A stretch of DNA of 63,485 nt, counting the filler, from Guillardia theta CCMP2712 (Eukaryota > Protista > Cryptophyta), in the NCBI RefSeq assembly GCF_000315625.1. It is 3 parts of 3 records of this genome, joined end to end, with 100 filler letters (N's around TTAATTAATTAA, not from the genome) between each part and the next. Parts side by side here need not be neighbours in the genome. Positions count along the whole stretch, not along the records: positions 1 to 20,080 come from NW_005434349.1; 2 more parts are not named here. One strand, 5' to 3'. Position 1 is the stretch's first letter. Every line of letters begins with the position of its first letter. Positions 1 to 16,431 of this stretch are shown piece after piece. The position numbers were made by a program, and so were the translations under genes. Below the pieces are notes generated by a model. It had not been told where the DNA came from and made no database searches. It saw only the letters and a program-made list of their open reading frames with translations.

Positions 1-159
1 GAGTCTGTGAGCCCTGACATTCCTCCCCTCCCTCCCTCCCTCCCTCCCCTCCCTCCCCTCCCTCCCCTCCCCTCCCCTCCCCTCCCCTCCCCTCCCCTCC
101 CCTCCCCTCCCCTCCCCTCCCCTCCCCTCCCCTCCCCTCCCCTCCCCTCCCCGCCATCC

Positions 160-4430
<4,271 letters not shown>

Positions 4431-5231
4431 CATGACGCATAATCTGCCGCAGCCTTCGCGGCTGGTTTGCCTGCCCTGAAAAGCGCATTTTGCCGGGCAC
4501 AGATCGAAGCTGGATACTAAAAGTATGTTTTAAATGTGTACCCTTGTTTTAAAAGATAATATTAAGAATCGTATGGTTCAAAGGTAGGAAACTTTGGTGG
4601 ATTTGGATTATGAAGAACTGAGGTGGTATGACATATAAACAACTTTTATATATAATTGGTACTATTTTCACAAATTTTCATTACTCATTTGAGTTTCAGT
4701 ACTCCATCTTGTAACGAACGGGGTAAGAAAAAGTTTTAGTATTTAAAAATATTGTTAAATCTTTAAGGCGGTGGCACCCCCCTCACACTATACTGATCTC
4801 GACAGCGGCGGCCCGCCCAGTGGCGCTGTATCGGAAGTCTCAGCGGGGCTCTGCCGCTTCCCGGGCGTCAACCTGGGGGCGCCGGGCCTGTTTCCGGGTG
4901 TGTGATGAAAATTAAACTCGGTTTGAGGTTGTGCAAAACTCGGCTTGACTATCCGATGATCAGCCTGTATTTTGACACTGTCAGTCACTGTGCTGCAGCA
5001 GCCGGGCCGCCCCCAAGTTGGCCGGGCCGGGGCCCGCCGCCGGCAGTGACTCGCACGGTACTACGGTAGCCAGTGCCCGCCCCCCGGGCCGGCGGACTCC
5101 CGAGTCCGGGACGGTAACGGGCCGGCCGGGGCTGCAGTTCGAGCAACGGTAGCCTGTAGTATGAAGACTGATAGAGGTACTGACTTTTAGTTATTAATGT
5201 TGAGTAAAGGATAGATTGTCTCTTCGGCAAA

Positions 5232-6730
5232 ATGTCGTACGGGACGATGGCACTGGGAGGAGGAGCAGGAGGAGGAGGAGAGAGGACAAGGAGAGTCGAC
5301 AACAGGAGCAGAGTGTTCGTTGCTCTTGCCTCAGTTGCTGCTGCCCTGCTCGTCGTGCTCGTCGTTCTTGCGCCCAGTCGCCGCACACAGCTCATGGCTG
5401 CTAGGACACAATCACTTGGGGAGGAAGCAGATTGGAAGCCTAGAAGGTGAGGGGATGCGGAGACGGACCAGTGAGATGCTCACGGTTTCATGCACAAGTT
5501 GGAGCTCCTCCCACGTTCGCACTGTCATGTCTCAGCACCTTGACGACCAAACTGTCAAGGTCGTTTCGGAGAAAGTTGTGTCAATTGCTGAAGTTCTGCT
5601 TTTCAGAACATTTGGCAACAGCCCGGGGAGGCCTGGAAAGGAATCGATGATATCCTCCCAACCACTGGAAAGTAAGGCTCTTCTTGCACTAACGATGAGC
5701 CAATTCCGACCTTCGATTGTGCAGGTATGCCTATCAAGAGAACCACGATCTAAATGCAAACGAAGCGAAGGTAAGTTCTTTTGGGCATAAGGATGCTCGA
5801 GTAGATCCATGACATCTTGTATCTAAGCTTCTCAACTACCTGCAACATGCTCGCAAGAGAATCCATCAGATTGAGAAGAGATTGCCTGAGAAGTTGCCAT
5901 CGGGAAAGCTTGGAAAAGAGGTTGAGAAGGTGAGTGCTGCCGGCAGCTCCCCGGGAGAACTTAGGGAGGACATGTTAGATGAAAGTCACGATGGAAGCTC
6001 AAGACAATGGCCTGTACTCTATTGAGCAGCAGGTGAGAGGATGGAGATGAGACAGAAAGGGAGAGGAGTGCTGACAACCTTCACAGCTCAGGCATGAGAA
6101 GGTGATCAAGGCCAAGGCCCCTTCCTCTATGCTTTCCCAGGTGGGACATAAACATCCTCATCGTTCTCTTCCTCTTCACCTTGCCGACTGAGGATGCGTT
6201 CACAGACAGCAACGCCCAAGGCATCAAGGAGGGTGTTCGTTGACGAAGCCATGTACGGGGAAGGGATCCAAGGAGACATCCGCTCTCAGGTACCCGCAGC
6301 CACCTCGTGCAAGTCCTTGTCCTTCTGATCTGGGATGTCCAGGGACATAAAGAGAGGAGCTGGTCGCGCAAGCAGGCTGCCAACGACATGAACAAGTGAG
6401 TTGGAGCGCGCGTGGGGACGTTTGGCCCTGATAATGCATTAACGTGTTGCAGGTACTTCAACAAGCTCAACAAGCAGATCTTGTCCAAATCAGGTTACAA
6501 GTGGTCGACCACCCAGAAGCCTGGGGAGATGGATCGGTACTTCAAGTTCTTGAATGTGAGTTGCTTTCTGTGGCAATCGTCCGCTGAGCCGTCGAGCAGA
6601 AGAGAGACAACAAGATCGAGTCACAGCACAAGAACATTCTGAGGCGTGAAGGGTGAGAGCATTCCGTCTAGTCGTGAGCTCACCCGTGGGCGTCAGGTAC
6701 TTCCAAACCCACCCGGACGAAGCCAAGTGA
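5232..6730 (+). CDS. Multi-exon hypothetical type-II membrane/secreted protein
   Basis: The first exon MSYGTM...VFVALASVAAALLVVLVVLA-PSRRTQL (one TM) ends at AG|GTGAG (~5446). Short downstream exons join via ~45-55 nt introns (RRVFVDEAMYGEG; QAANDMNK|YFNKLNKQ; GEMDRYFKFLN; YFQTHPDEAK*). No family recognised. Confidence 0.55.
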
Positions 6731-7112
6731 GACCCAGGAGTCTGACCCCGAAGCTGATTGCATGGGAAGAAATAGAGTTAGAACCTGATACGGTTTGATA
6801 GCAGAATGCCCAAATGAATCAAGTAACTGCCATATCTGTGTAATGAGGAATCGACCCGAGCACGGAACGATCAGTTCAAATATTCAATATTGTTGCAATC
6901 AGTTTAAAAGAGCACAGGAATCTTCACGGTTCAGAAGACCACAAAGTGATTTCAATCAGGCATCTTGGTGCACTCATTGATGACTCGAGCTCCTGAAGAA
7001 CCGTTTGAATGACATCAACTCTCCACCCTCAGTCACGCTACAGTCGATGTCTGCTTGCTGTGAGGACCATTCGAGGTCTCAAGCAGCACGAACGTTTCTA
7101 TGTCCGCCAGGC

Positions 7113-8596
7113 TCATCTCTGTCCTCTACATGGCGGGCAAACAGAGAAGATGATGATCATCAGCACAACGACGGTCACAATGATGATAATCGCCCAGAGC
7201 CTGCAGTTCTGCCACCACATCTTCCTGGCAAGCTGTGTCGCACCCTTCTTGAACTTGACGGCCTCTGATCGCATAACATCAGCCTTGTCTTCCAAGTCCT
7301 CAAGTTTCTCATGCTGGCGCAACATCTGCTGAACGTTGTCCTCCATCGTCATCTTCACATCATCCACCTGAAACAAACCCCTCAGCCATCTGCTGCATCG
7401 CAGGCACAACTCTTCACCTGAGCTTGAACTGCCGCGACCTTGTTCACTGAGGTCAAGTCATCGTACTTGGTGCAAGCCGCACTCATCCACTTCTTGACGG
7501 TCTTGCTCATGGAATTCTCCGTCGCCGACTCAGCCTGTGTCGCATCCTTGTCTGTGAAGTCCTTCCTGATCATCCTGAGTAGCTCAAAAGCAGTTCTCTC
7601 TGGGTATGATTTCTCCACAAAAACTGTTCAACAATGATGAGTAGATAGTCCAAACAACGTCAGGATGCAGTGGATACAACGTCGCAACACTCACCGATGT
7701 ACATGTACTTCTTGTCGGCTTGCATGAGGCAGCAGCTGTCTTCGACAGCATTGGGAACATTCGCACTCTGCTGAGATAGAACTTTATCGCTGCTCAGAAC
7801 TTTCTGTGCAACAGCAAGATACTGCAACAGGGAAGGTCAGACATGCAGGAAGCATCGAATGGAGGAGGGGCAAATCGCAGAAGATTGAGAAAGATTCAGC
7901 AAGCAGCTCCAACCTTGGCCGAGGGAGGGCCTGCAGTGAAGTGGTGGTAGGTAGCAACTAGCACTCGATCGGATATTCTCCCAATCGCCGCATATCTAAC
8001 GTTGCCTTTGCATCCATCCCCGGGCTGCGGGAAAGGGAAACAATCAGTCTCAGAGAACATGAGAGGATGCGCCACGCATTCCATGCCAAACAAAACTTTT
8101 GTGCACGAAGTACCAAGAGGGCTTACACGGAGTTGTATTCATACAGATTCCGTCGCAACGAAAACAGTTTTTAAAAATGCCTCACAACAGCATTCACAAT
8201 CAAGGCTCCAGATGAACCAGAATCATCAATAGGAATACAAACCCAGGAAAACGTCCAAGATGTGACATGAGGACAAAGTAACGGGGAATTTCCGACATGT
8301 AGAACCGCCATGCATGCATCAAAGTCGATCATATATGATATTTCCCGATGGAGGAAGAGGTCTCAACAAAGAGAGAGAGAAAGATAGCTGAAGGAGCGGA
8401 AGCCAGTGCAGACACTGCAGTGCGCTACAGGTGGGTAACAAGCCATAAAGAGAACGGAGCAGAAAAGATGGCATGGCATGTCAACAGAGGCGTTATGAGG
8501 AGGGAGGAAGATATTGCAAAAAGAAGGGAGGAAGGAGTTGGAGAGGACGGAGAACGCGAGGGAGAGGTAACAGACAGTCCATGCTTCGCTCACCAT
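7113..8596 (-). CDS. VAMP7: Longin-domain R-SNARE (VAMP7/VAMP72-like), 5 exons
   Basis: Longin-like N-terminus (VRYAAIGRISDRVLVATY...SYPERTAFELL), R-SNARE motif QAQ|VDDVKMTMEDNVQQMLRQHEKLEDLEDKADVM, and LARKMWWQNC plus a C-terminal TM. The first exon appears to be ATG alone (8596-8594) followed by GTGAG. Confidence 0.9.
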
Positions 8597-8619
8597 TGCG
8601 GCGGGATTTGGGGAAAAAG

Positions 8620-9370
8620 CCTTTGATGGGGGAGGGGGTGGGTATATGGGATTGTAGGGGTAAGCTGGAGATGGGGGGGGTGGGGGTGGTTGTGCTATGG
8701 GAATATCCTCCTATTGAAGGGGCTGCTGGAGGGGTTCTTTGAAAGTGGTGGGGTACGGTTCTTTAAGTACCGGTCACTAGTAGTGAAATAGAACCGAATC
8801 AATTAGAAAAAGATTCCAGGGGTAGTCGAGGTAAGGGGTAGAGGGTATGCGTTGATTTTGTTCTGGGAGGGGGTAGGGTAGGGTGGGGTAGTCATGGAGA
8901 GGGGTGTAGAAGCCATAACGGCAATAACGACATTGATGTGCTACATAACGGCAACAACGGTTGCATACACATTTACATACTGGGGTTCGAACCGACGAGT
9001 GAATGAATTGGCGGAATGAGGAGGATTCTACAATAATAAAAAAGGTAGGGGTGATATACACCTTGACCAGCCGCCGAGTTATAACTGAAGGTGCAGTAGC
9101 GATATATATAGAAAGAGATTTTTGAAATGGTCCTTTGCACCCCAAGCTAGAAACAAATAACTACCCCACCATCTATTGAACCTGTAGTACATCACCTACC
9201 CCCACATTCCATTGCAGTAGCTGGGGACACACCCCTTGATTGTGACGGAAAGTTCCTTTACAGTACCCCCTGAAGTATACTACCCTACCCTCAGAGGTAA
9301 ATTAATTATGTACCCCACCGCAAACATCTCCTCCTCGGTTGTACCCCACCCCACCACCACCCACCCAAAT
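8620..9370. promoter_or_regulatory. Candidate bidirectional promoter with mirror-image GGGGT / ACCCC clusters
   Basis: GGGGT(A) is dense at 8620-8910 (upstream of the minus-strand VAMP7) and (T)ACCCC is dense at 9135-9370 (upstream of the plus-strand TVP18). Function is inferred from position only. Confidence 0.45.
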
Positions 9371-9863
9371 GGAGTGGTGAGCAGTGAGGCGGACTCGGGG
9401 AGAAGAGGCGACGTAGAGGGGGGACGAGAAATGGAGGGAAGCTGAATGGGGAACAGTGAAAGTGAGAGGAGAGAGGACAAAAGAAGAGGGAGGAGAATGA
9501 AGGATGCTGAGACAATGATCTTGAAAATAAGGAAGAGGTTCATTGGTAGCGACCATTGCATCTGGTTATCCATGAAAAGCACTAACACATGATTCGATCG
9601 GATCTCGCGGGCCACAGAGGGAGTCGGTTGGTCAGAAAGGAGGAAGAGGGAGGAGACCCCTTTCTCACTAGCAAGCACGGTCTTCATTATAGAATTTTAT
9701 TTCTAGCTGGTCGGGCATGGAGTCTTTTTGTCTTCAGGCGTGATGGGGAAGTATGTTAGCGTGTTTGGTTGAATTTGATCGAAAAATAGGATCATTTGAT
9801 ATTGTCGTGTCGTTTGACTTTTCTTGACCAGTAGGGCTTGTCTGCCACCTTTGTCCTTTCAAC

Positions 9864-10488
9864 ATGCAAGGACTTCTAACCGAGGGAGGAGGAGGAGGAG
9901 GCTTCTTTGCGGATATCAAACAGAAATTTAAAGAAGGGCAATTCAAGACCTGGGCGAGATGGGGCGGTGTTTCCCTTGTATGCTTCACCATCTTCATATC
10001 TATCATGTTTTTCCTGTGAGTTTCCTCTCATCAACTTTACTCCACTCCCCTAACGCTATGCACAGGACCATGTTCCCCAGCAGCATTCTATTCATCCTGA
10101 TATCCATAGTGGTGGGAATTCTAGAGCTCCCTTTCTGTTGCACGTGCTTTCCTATCTGTCAGAAGATCCAACCTTTCATGGTGTGGTTTGAGATCTACTG
10201 GATCCGTGGGCTGCTCTACATCGGCATCAGCATCTTCACGTTCGTCGTTGCTACACAGCTGGGAGGAGGGATTTTCGGCATCTTGTTCGGGGTGTTCTAC
10301 TTCTTGGACGGGCTCATGTACATTCTCGCTCATATCAAGGGTGAGATAGAGGAGCTTGCTGTTCGACACTGAAGTTTGTCTTGCAAGGTGAAACTCACAC
10401 GGCTGAAGACAAGAATGCCAGCAGCCTCGGGATCAACACGACGCGGCTGAAAGCCAAGGCGGCAGCCACAGCCATGGGCATCGTATGA
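9864..10488 (+). CDS. TVP18 / calcium channel Flower family multi-pass membrane protein, 3 exons
   Basis: Spliced product MQGLL...TWARWGGVSLVCFTIFISIMFF|...ILISIVVGILELPFCCTCFPICQ...YWIRGLLYIG...LMYILAHIK|GETH...MGIV*. The E-x-PFCC motif and TM pattern match the Cg6151-P/TVP18/Flower family. Confidence 0.75.
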
Positions 10489-11146
10489 GGGTCGAGGAGC
10501 CAAGGCGGCGAGGAATGAGGAAGATAACTGGCGTTTTCGAAGTTTGCAGTGGAAAGGAAGGGAGAGAGTGATGTGAGGTGGGGAGGGTGAAACATGACCC
10601 TGGGCCGTATTTTGAGCCGGGGCAGAGCTTCAATCTCAAACTGCTGAAAGTTGTAGTGTAATGATCGTCACTTCGAAGAAGAACTCGGAACTTGATGTCC
10701 CATTGTCGCTCCTTGCCTGGACGCTTCCCTCGAATCTGTAAACGGTCCAGGCTCTGGGTGGCCGCCACTGTGGCCCGGGCACGGTAGTAGCCGGGCAGCC
10801 CACGCCGTGTAGGCTCTGCCACGTAATGGCGAGGCGAGCTCGTCCACCAGCAGCTCGCCTCAGAGCTATTGTTTGCCATGTACAACCCCTTGTAGGTTGC
10901 GACAGGACAGAGCAAGGGATAGAATAACGAAGAGGACAGGACAGGAGATGAGATGAGGAGAAAGGAAAGTTATGCAGGTTGCATGGAGCTCGAGCCGAGA
11001 TTCACAAGTAGCTACAAGAAGGAAGATGCAGATAGAGACAGAGTTTGAGGACGATGCTGATGCCTACACATCTTTGGTGAAGTCCTGCTGATTGACGCGT
11101 GAGTGCAGCGACAGATCGAACTTGGTGATAGGTTGTTCTCGGCACC

Positions 11147-12299
11147 ATGGGCAACTTGCTGGCCAAGAAGAAGCAAAAGAACCCCAAGATCAGTCAGGCT
11201 GACATGGCGATTGTGCTGCAAGCTTGCTGTGTGCTTTCTATTTGACTTGCTCATGTAGCTCGAGCTCAAGGGACAGAGAGATAAGCTGCTGCAGCATCAG
11301 AAACAAGTCACCCGCTGCCTTCTCGCTCCCAGCCTCTGACCTCCTCCTGGCAGATCCAGTCAGCTATCGATCAAGCACAGAAGGTTGCAGCAGCGTTGAT
11401 CAAGGTAGCTCGGGTGCAGGGCGAGGACGCTGGTGTGACGGACTGACAGGAAAAGAAGAAAGATCGCGCGCTCCTGGCGTTGAAGAAGAAGAAGCTGCAC
11501 ACTCGCCGCTTGACCAAGGTGTTGGATCAGGTGGGAGGGTAACGTAACGTAGTCGCTCGTCTGATGCGGTTTTGCCGGCCAGGTGATGCACATGGAGGAG
11601 CTGATCAGTGGCGTGGAAACAGCGCAGAGAGACAAGGAGGTGGGGCGTTACGAGCTGTTCCCCTCAGCCGCGTGACTGTCCTTCAGGTGTTCCTCGCCAT
11701 GAAGAAGGGGAGCGAAAGTCTGAAGGAGATCAGACAGGAGGTGAGGGAGGGGCTGAGCGGGAGGGAGGGCTGCCCCTGATCTCTTGCGTAGCTTTCGCTG
11801 GAGAATGTCGAGAACTTGATGAACGAGTCAGCTGACGCCGTCGAGAGTCAGAAGTATGGGGGGGGGGGGGGGGAAGGGCCAACGATCAGAGTCTGACCCT
11901 GGTGATACAGTCGGATATCTGAAATGCTGGCTGGAAACTTCGACGCGGAGGAGGAGGAGGTACGGCATGCGGGGTTCACTGGTCATGACAACTGATTGGG
12001 ATGACAAGGCTATGAACCGGGAGCTGGACTCCATGATGGGAGAAGCAGGAGTAACTATGGTGGGGCGAACCCTAAGGCTCCTTTCACTCGTGCTCATCCT
12101 CCTCGTCTCCTCCCTTTCCGTGCTCCTACCCTGGGGGCTGACGCTTGCTTCGTCTCAGGAGCAGTTGGAGCTGCCATCAGTGCCGAGCAAGGAGCCGGTG
12201 AGAGCGGTTCTCCTTGGTGATTTCCCTGACTTGTTCCTCGTTCAGACGCTGCTCGAGCAGAAGGGAGTCGGAGAAGGTGCAGCCCTTGTGTGCATGTGA
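11147..12299 (+). CDS. VPS20: ESCRT-III subunit VPS20/CHMP6 (Snf7 family), about 10 small exons
   Basis: Myristoylation-type start MGNLLAKKK, then ISQADMAI|LELKGQRDKL, DRALLALKKKK, VFLAMKKGSESLKEI, LSLENVENLMNESADAVESQK and ELPSVP, all typical Vps20 motifs. Confidence 0.88.
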
Positions 12300-12519
12300 T
12301 GACGTGCTATTGAGAATGATTCGTCAGCAGAGGAGGAGGAGGAGGAGGAGGAGGAGCCTCTACCCCCTCCAGCAGAGGCAGTTCCGGGGTAGGCAACAAG
12401 GCTCCCAGCCTCACGCTTTTGCCATGGCTCTCTCGCCAATTTTCCACGAGAAGGGACGGGAGTCTGTCATGGCTGTACATACTTCACTCTGCCTCGTCTC
12501 CCACTGTTGAATTTCTTTT

Positions 12520-13764
12520 TAAAAGTCGCTGCTCTGCTCATGGAGCTCTCTTCCCTTCAAACCGCCACTCGGATGCTCTGGGTGGAGCAAGAGTCCCTCA
12601 ACTGCTCGCACACGTCACGTCGCCCGACAGCACGAGCAGCACATGAAGATACCTTACGGATCTCCTGGACCAGGTCAGCTTGAAGGTTGCACACCCTTAC
12701 ATCCATCTGTGCGAACCTGCTCCGTCCAAGACACACTGATAGTCACTTCGCTCCTCAGCGCATCGCTGTAGCGCGCATGCTCCCCTCCTCATGTCTGCTC
12801 ACCTTGCCTCCATGTCTGCGGCCAGTTGCATCACCCTGTCCCTGTACATCTCACTTCGTTCGAAGCTGCTATCCCGCCCCTCGCTCTCCTCTGCCTTGCT
12901 CGCCGTAGTGTCTCCGGGACGTTCTCCCCCATTGGATCGTCTTCCCTCTGCCTTCTCAGCAAGGGCATGCATCAGTGTAGGAGGATTTCTGCCCTACCAA
13001 CCTCAAGTCGGAACATGCTCGGAAGCCTGAAAGACAGTCAAGTTATATCATTTCCTTCTCCTCACCCACCGCACCTACCACTTCATTCCAAGTCCGTCGA
13101 GCATGTCGAGCATGGCAGACACGCGCTTCTGAGTTGAGGAGGAGCGTGTGAGAGGAGGCAGAGAACATGCTGGTCGACCTTGAGAGACTTGCAACCGTCC
13201 TTCACCCGATGGATCCGCCATGATGCCATTCCGAACACTACGAGGTGGAAGGCGACCCGGACGAGAGCCAGCGTCGCCATGCCCCTCCTCTACACGACAA
13301 AGAAGCTTGTCAGCGTCGTCAGCCTCTCATGGACTCTCTCAAGAGACGTTGGAGATCTCAGCAACTTCGTGTAGCTGCTCCTGTAAGATGGCGATCTGCC
13401 GCTCGAGCTCGTTGTAACGGGACGATGAATCTCGCGACAAAGAATCTTCAGGGAACCATCAGAATCCGCTGCGGAGGGGACGGAAAGGACAGGAAGAAAT
13501 ATTTGCTATGAGAAGGCAGGCAGGAGGACACGAGATGAAGCATAGAGAGGAAGGCAGCACGGAAGAAATGGTGGCAGGACTACGCATCGCATACCCAGTC
13601 CCAGCAAACTCTCTGCTCCCGGAGCAAACCTGTCAAGTCCTGTCCAGAGAAGAAAGCCTGTCCATATCTCAGCTCGGCTCTACTCTCAGTCCAGCTCTAT
13701 CCCCACCTGCTCCCCCAGCAAGCGCTCCAACGATCCACCGCGTCCCCGATGTGAACAAGCCCAT
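12520..13764 (-). CDS. Multi-exon hypothetical protein (hydrophobic N-terminus, internal TM, coiled coil)
   Basis: MGLFTSGTRWIVGALAGGA then a GT donor. Later exons read YNELERQIAILQEQLHEVAEIS, MATLALVRVAFHLVVFGMASWR and RFAQMDVRVCNLQADLVQEIRK. The architecture is loosely reminiscent of DUF1664 proteins, but this is not established. Confidence 0.4.
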
Positions 13765-14506
13765 TGAGAAGCCGGGGGGTTGACTATACCCCACCCCTGT
13801 TTTGCATTTTTGTACCCCCTTGGGAATTACCCCTACCTTATATTTTATATGTAAACACCCCTACTTGTTGATATAATTGATCAACATTGTTTTTACCCCC
13901 ACCCCCTGCTTTCTCATCAGCACCCCTTCGTAATTGACCACCCTGCTTTGCCTATTCACTACCCACCTCTCCAAGCTTCGAAAGGCGTGTTGGAGATTTG
14001 AAATGGTAGGCCAGGAAGGCGGGGAGGAGAACGAGGGAGAAGGGGAGGGAGGAGAGAGACGAGAAAGTAGGCAATAAGGTTTTTCTGAAGATGCACAAGG
14101 AACTTTGAGTGGACGAGCCTTCAAATCTCTCTTCTTGTCAGGCTTGAAGGTTGTGAAGCAGCAAAAGCTAAGAAGTTGTAGCAGATAGAATGACAAGCAC
14201 TTGAAGGTTCTACATGAAAGAACAGGATAGCCCATCGCTGCATGTTGCGTTGGTTCAGAAAATTGTTTATGCCAACAACTCAAATCTTACATGATGTGAA
14301 TTGACTTGCTAAAACATACCAAGGATGATGCGTAGAGGTTGTTATGACGATCAGCAATGGGTGCTGTTCAATCCTCTCAATCGATTGAGAGGTTGCTGAC
14401 TGGGTGTTGATTGGTTGCAGGAGCTTTGAATTACATTTCATACAATCAGAAACTTCCCTGAGCACCATCGAGAAATCAAGTCGCCCTACGCTTCGAGCAA
14501 GGGGAG

Positions 14507-15211
14507 TTGACCGAAATGTCCAATGCGCAGGTCGAGGAGGAACTGGTCAATCGAACGCGGTGGTACGAGCAGGAAACAGCAACCATCAAGAACGAGCTGT
14601 CGTATGCCGGCCTCACGCAGTCTCGCATGATTCCCACCATCGTCTCTACTCTCAAGACTCTGAGCTCCTCGGCTTCTATCCTAGGAGTCGAAGAGTGCGA
14701 GGTCAGCTCCATGGTATCGGCATACAGCGAGATCGAACGGGAGATGGCGAAGTTGCGCCAGATCAAGACTCGAAAGGATGCAGAGGCTGCCAGCATGGAG
14801 AGGAAGACAGAGGGGATGATGGAGGTGCTCAGTGAGGTGCGATCCATCCGGGAGCGGTTGGTTGAGAGGGAGAAGCAGGAGCAGCAGGAGAATGTCTGCA
14901 AGCAGCGCGACATGGAGATCCTGGAGAAGAAGTCCATACAGTATAGGAACGAGATTGCGCGGCTCAAGGCCGAGCTCAAGAAGAATAACGTCTCCGATCA
15001 GATTTACCATCCCCGCCTCGTCCATGAATCCAACACGGTGAAGGCACTGCACGACCAGCTGCACCCGCTGCGCAAGAAGATGGAGGGATATCATGGGCTG
15101 CCGACAGACATGTACCTGGCGAAGCAGCAGGTGCGGGTTGCGAGGGCGAGGCTGGAGACTGTGGATCAGGAGTTGCAAGACAGCATAACCAACGTTGTGA
15201 TCGGTCAGTGA
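14507..15211 (+). CDS. HAUS1: HAUS augmin-like complex subunit 1 (main exon; extra 5' exons likely)
   Basis: Coiled-coil ORF with C-terminal LRKKMEGYHGLPTDMYLAKQQVRVARARLETVDQEL (HAUS1 Y-x-x-LP-x-D/N-x-x-LA signature) and SSASILGVEECEVSS. Confidence 0.75.
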   Translation: MTEMSNAQVEEELVNRTRWYEQETATIKNELSYAGLTQSRMIPTIVSTLKTLSSSASILGVEECEVSSMVSAYSEIEREMAKLRQIKTRKDAEAASMERKTEGMMEVLSEVRSIRERLVEREKQEQQENVCKQRDMEILEKKSIQYRNEIARLKAELKKNNVSDQIYHPRLVHESNTVKALHDQLHPLRKKMEGYHGLPTDMYLAKQQVRVARARLETVDQELQDSITNVVIGQ

Positions 15212-15401
15212 GCATCGTCCTTTCTGCAGAGCGCATGCAAAGACATGGATGTGACACAGCAAAAGTAAACTACTACTCTTTTCCTGCTTGCTCCTACCGA
15301 CGCACCATGTACAAGACAATAGAGGAAGCAAGCAAGCCCTTTCTTGTTGATTTCATTCAATACTTCTCAGTCTTGGTGCGGGGGATTTCATTCAATACTT
15401 C

Positions 15402-16431
15402 TCAGTCTTGGTGCTGTGGAGCTTTCTTCTTGCCCGGCATCAAGCTTGCGATCACCAATCCTATGAAGCTTCCGATGACCATCGACGCCACTGCCAAAAG
15501 AGCAAGAAGCACTGTGTGCGAGAGGGAGAACTCCTCTCGCAAATACTCGTACTTGTCCTGTAAACGATGAAAGAACTTAACACTATCCTGGAAACAAACC
15601 GCAGAGGATTCAACATCGACTTACGTGCAAGTATACGATTGAAGAGACCACCATCCCAAGTACTTTCCCCCTGTACACGCTTGTCACTCTACATTCTCCC
15701 CCTGGTAACGTGAGGTGGACGGCGCACCATGGCGAGAGCGGATTGATCAGCGAGGAGAAGGCCTCTGGCTCTTCTTGGTATCCAGACCCCGCGAACTTCA
15801 CCAGGGCCTCCCAGCTCCTTTCTCCAGAATACTTGCGGATCTTCTGGCCATGAATGCTGGACAGCACCCAACAAACTCAGCCACTGTCTTGTTCCCTCAG
15901 CAACTCACTAGAAGATTGTGGGGAAGCCTTGGATCGCGAATCGAGCTGCGAGAGCTGGAGGGCATGAGATCAGAGCAACAGCAGCACCCACAAAGAGCGC
16001 TTCAAGACCGTACATTTGTGCATTGACCCATCGATTCTGCCGACTCGGTAGCCTTGGGTCTTGAGGGAGGAAGCCACCTCCTCGTAGGCCGGTTCGAACT
16101 GCTTGCAGTACCCGCACCATGGTGCATAGAACTCGACCAACCACTGTCCTTCAGAGAGCAATCTTTCGAAGTTTGATGGATCAATCTCGATGACATGTGG
16201 CGATGCAATCTGCACGTTTATCAGCTCCCCGTGAGGTCCATGTAGTGGGTGAGGGGCATGGAGGAGGTTCGTGAGCGAGGCAAGGCTTCAGGTAGGCAGC
16301 CATCCTGCTTGCTCACAAGGGAGACATCGTCTTACCGCGCTTGTCCCGCTCATTGTCACCGCCATCATCATCGCCATCGCCATCAGCCTCCCCGCTGGCC
16401 TCCAACACTGGTGCATTGCTTTCCGAATCAT
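15402..16431 (-). CDS. Thioredoxin-related transmembrane protein (TMX/PDI family)
   Basis: Signal-like first exon, WLVEFYAPWCGYCKQ active site, AARFAIQGFPTIF, KYSGERS, then a C-terminal TM (VLLALLAVASMVIGSFIGLVIA) and a short basic tail KKKAPQHQD*. Confidence 0.85.

Noticed and set aside
10831-10861. 10-bp inverted repeat GAGGCGAGCT...AGCTCGCCTC
   Set aside because: It is short and isolated, with no further support for a function.
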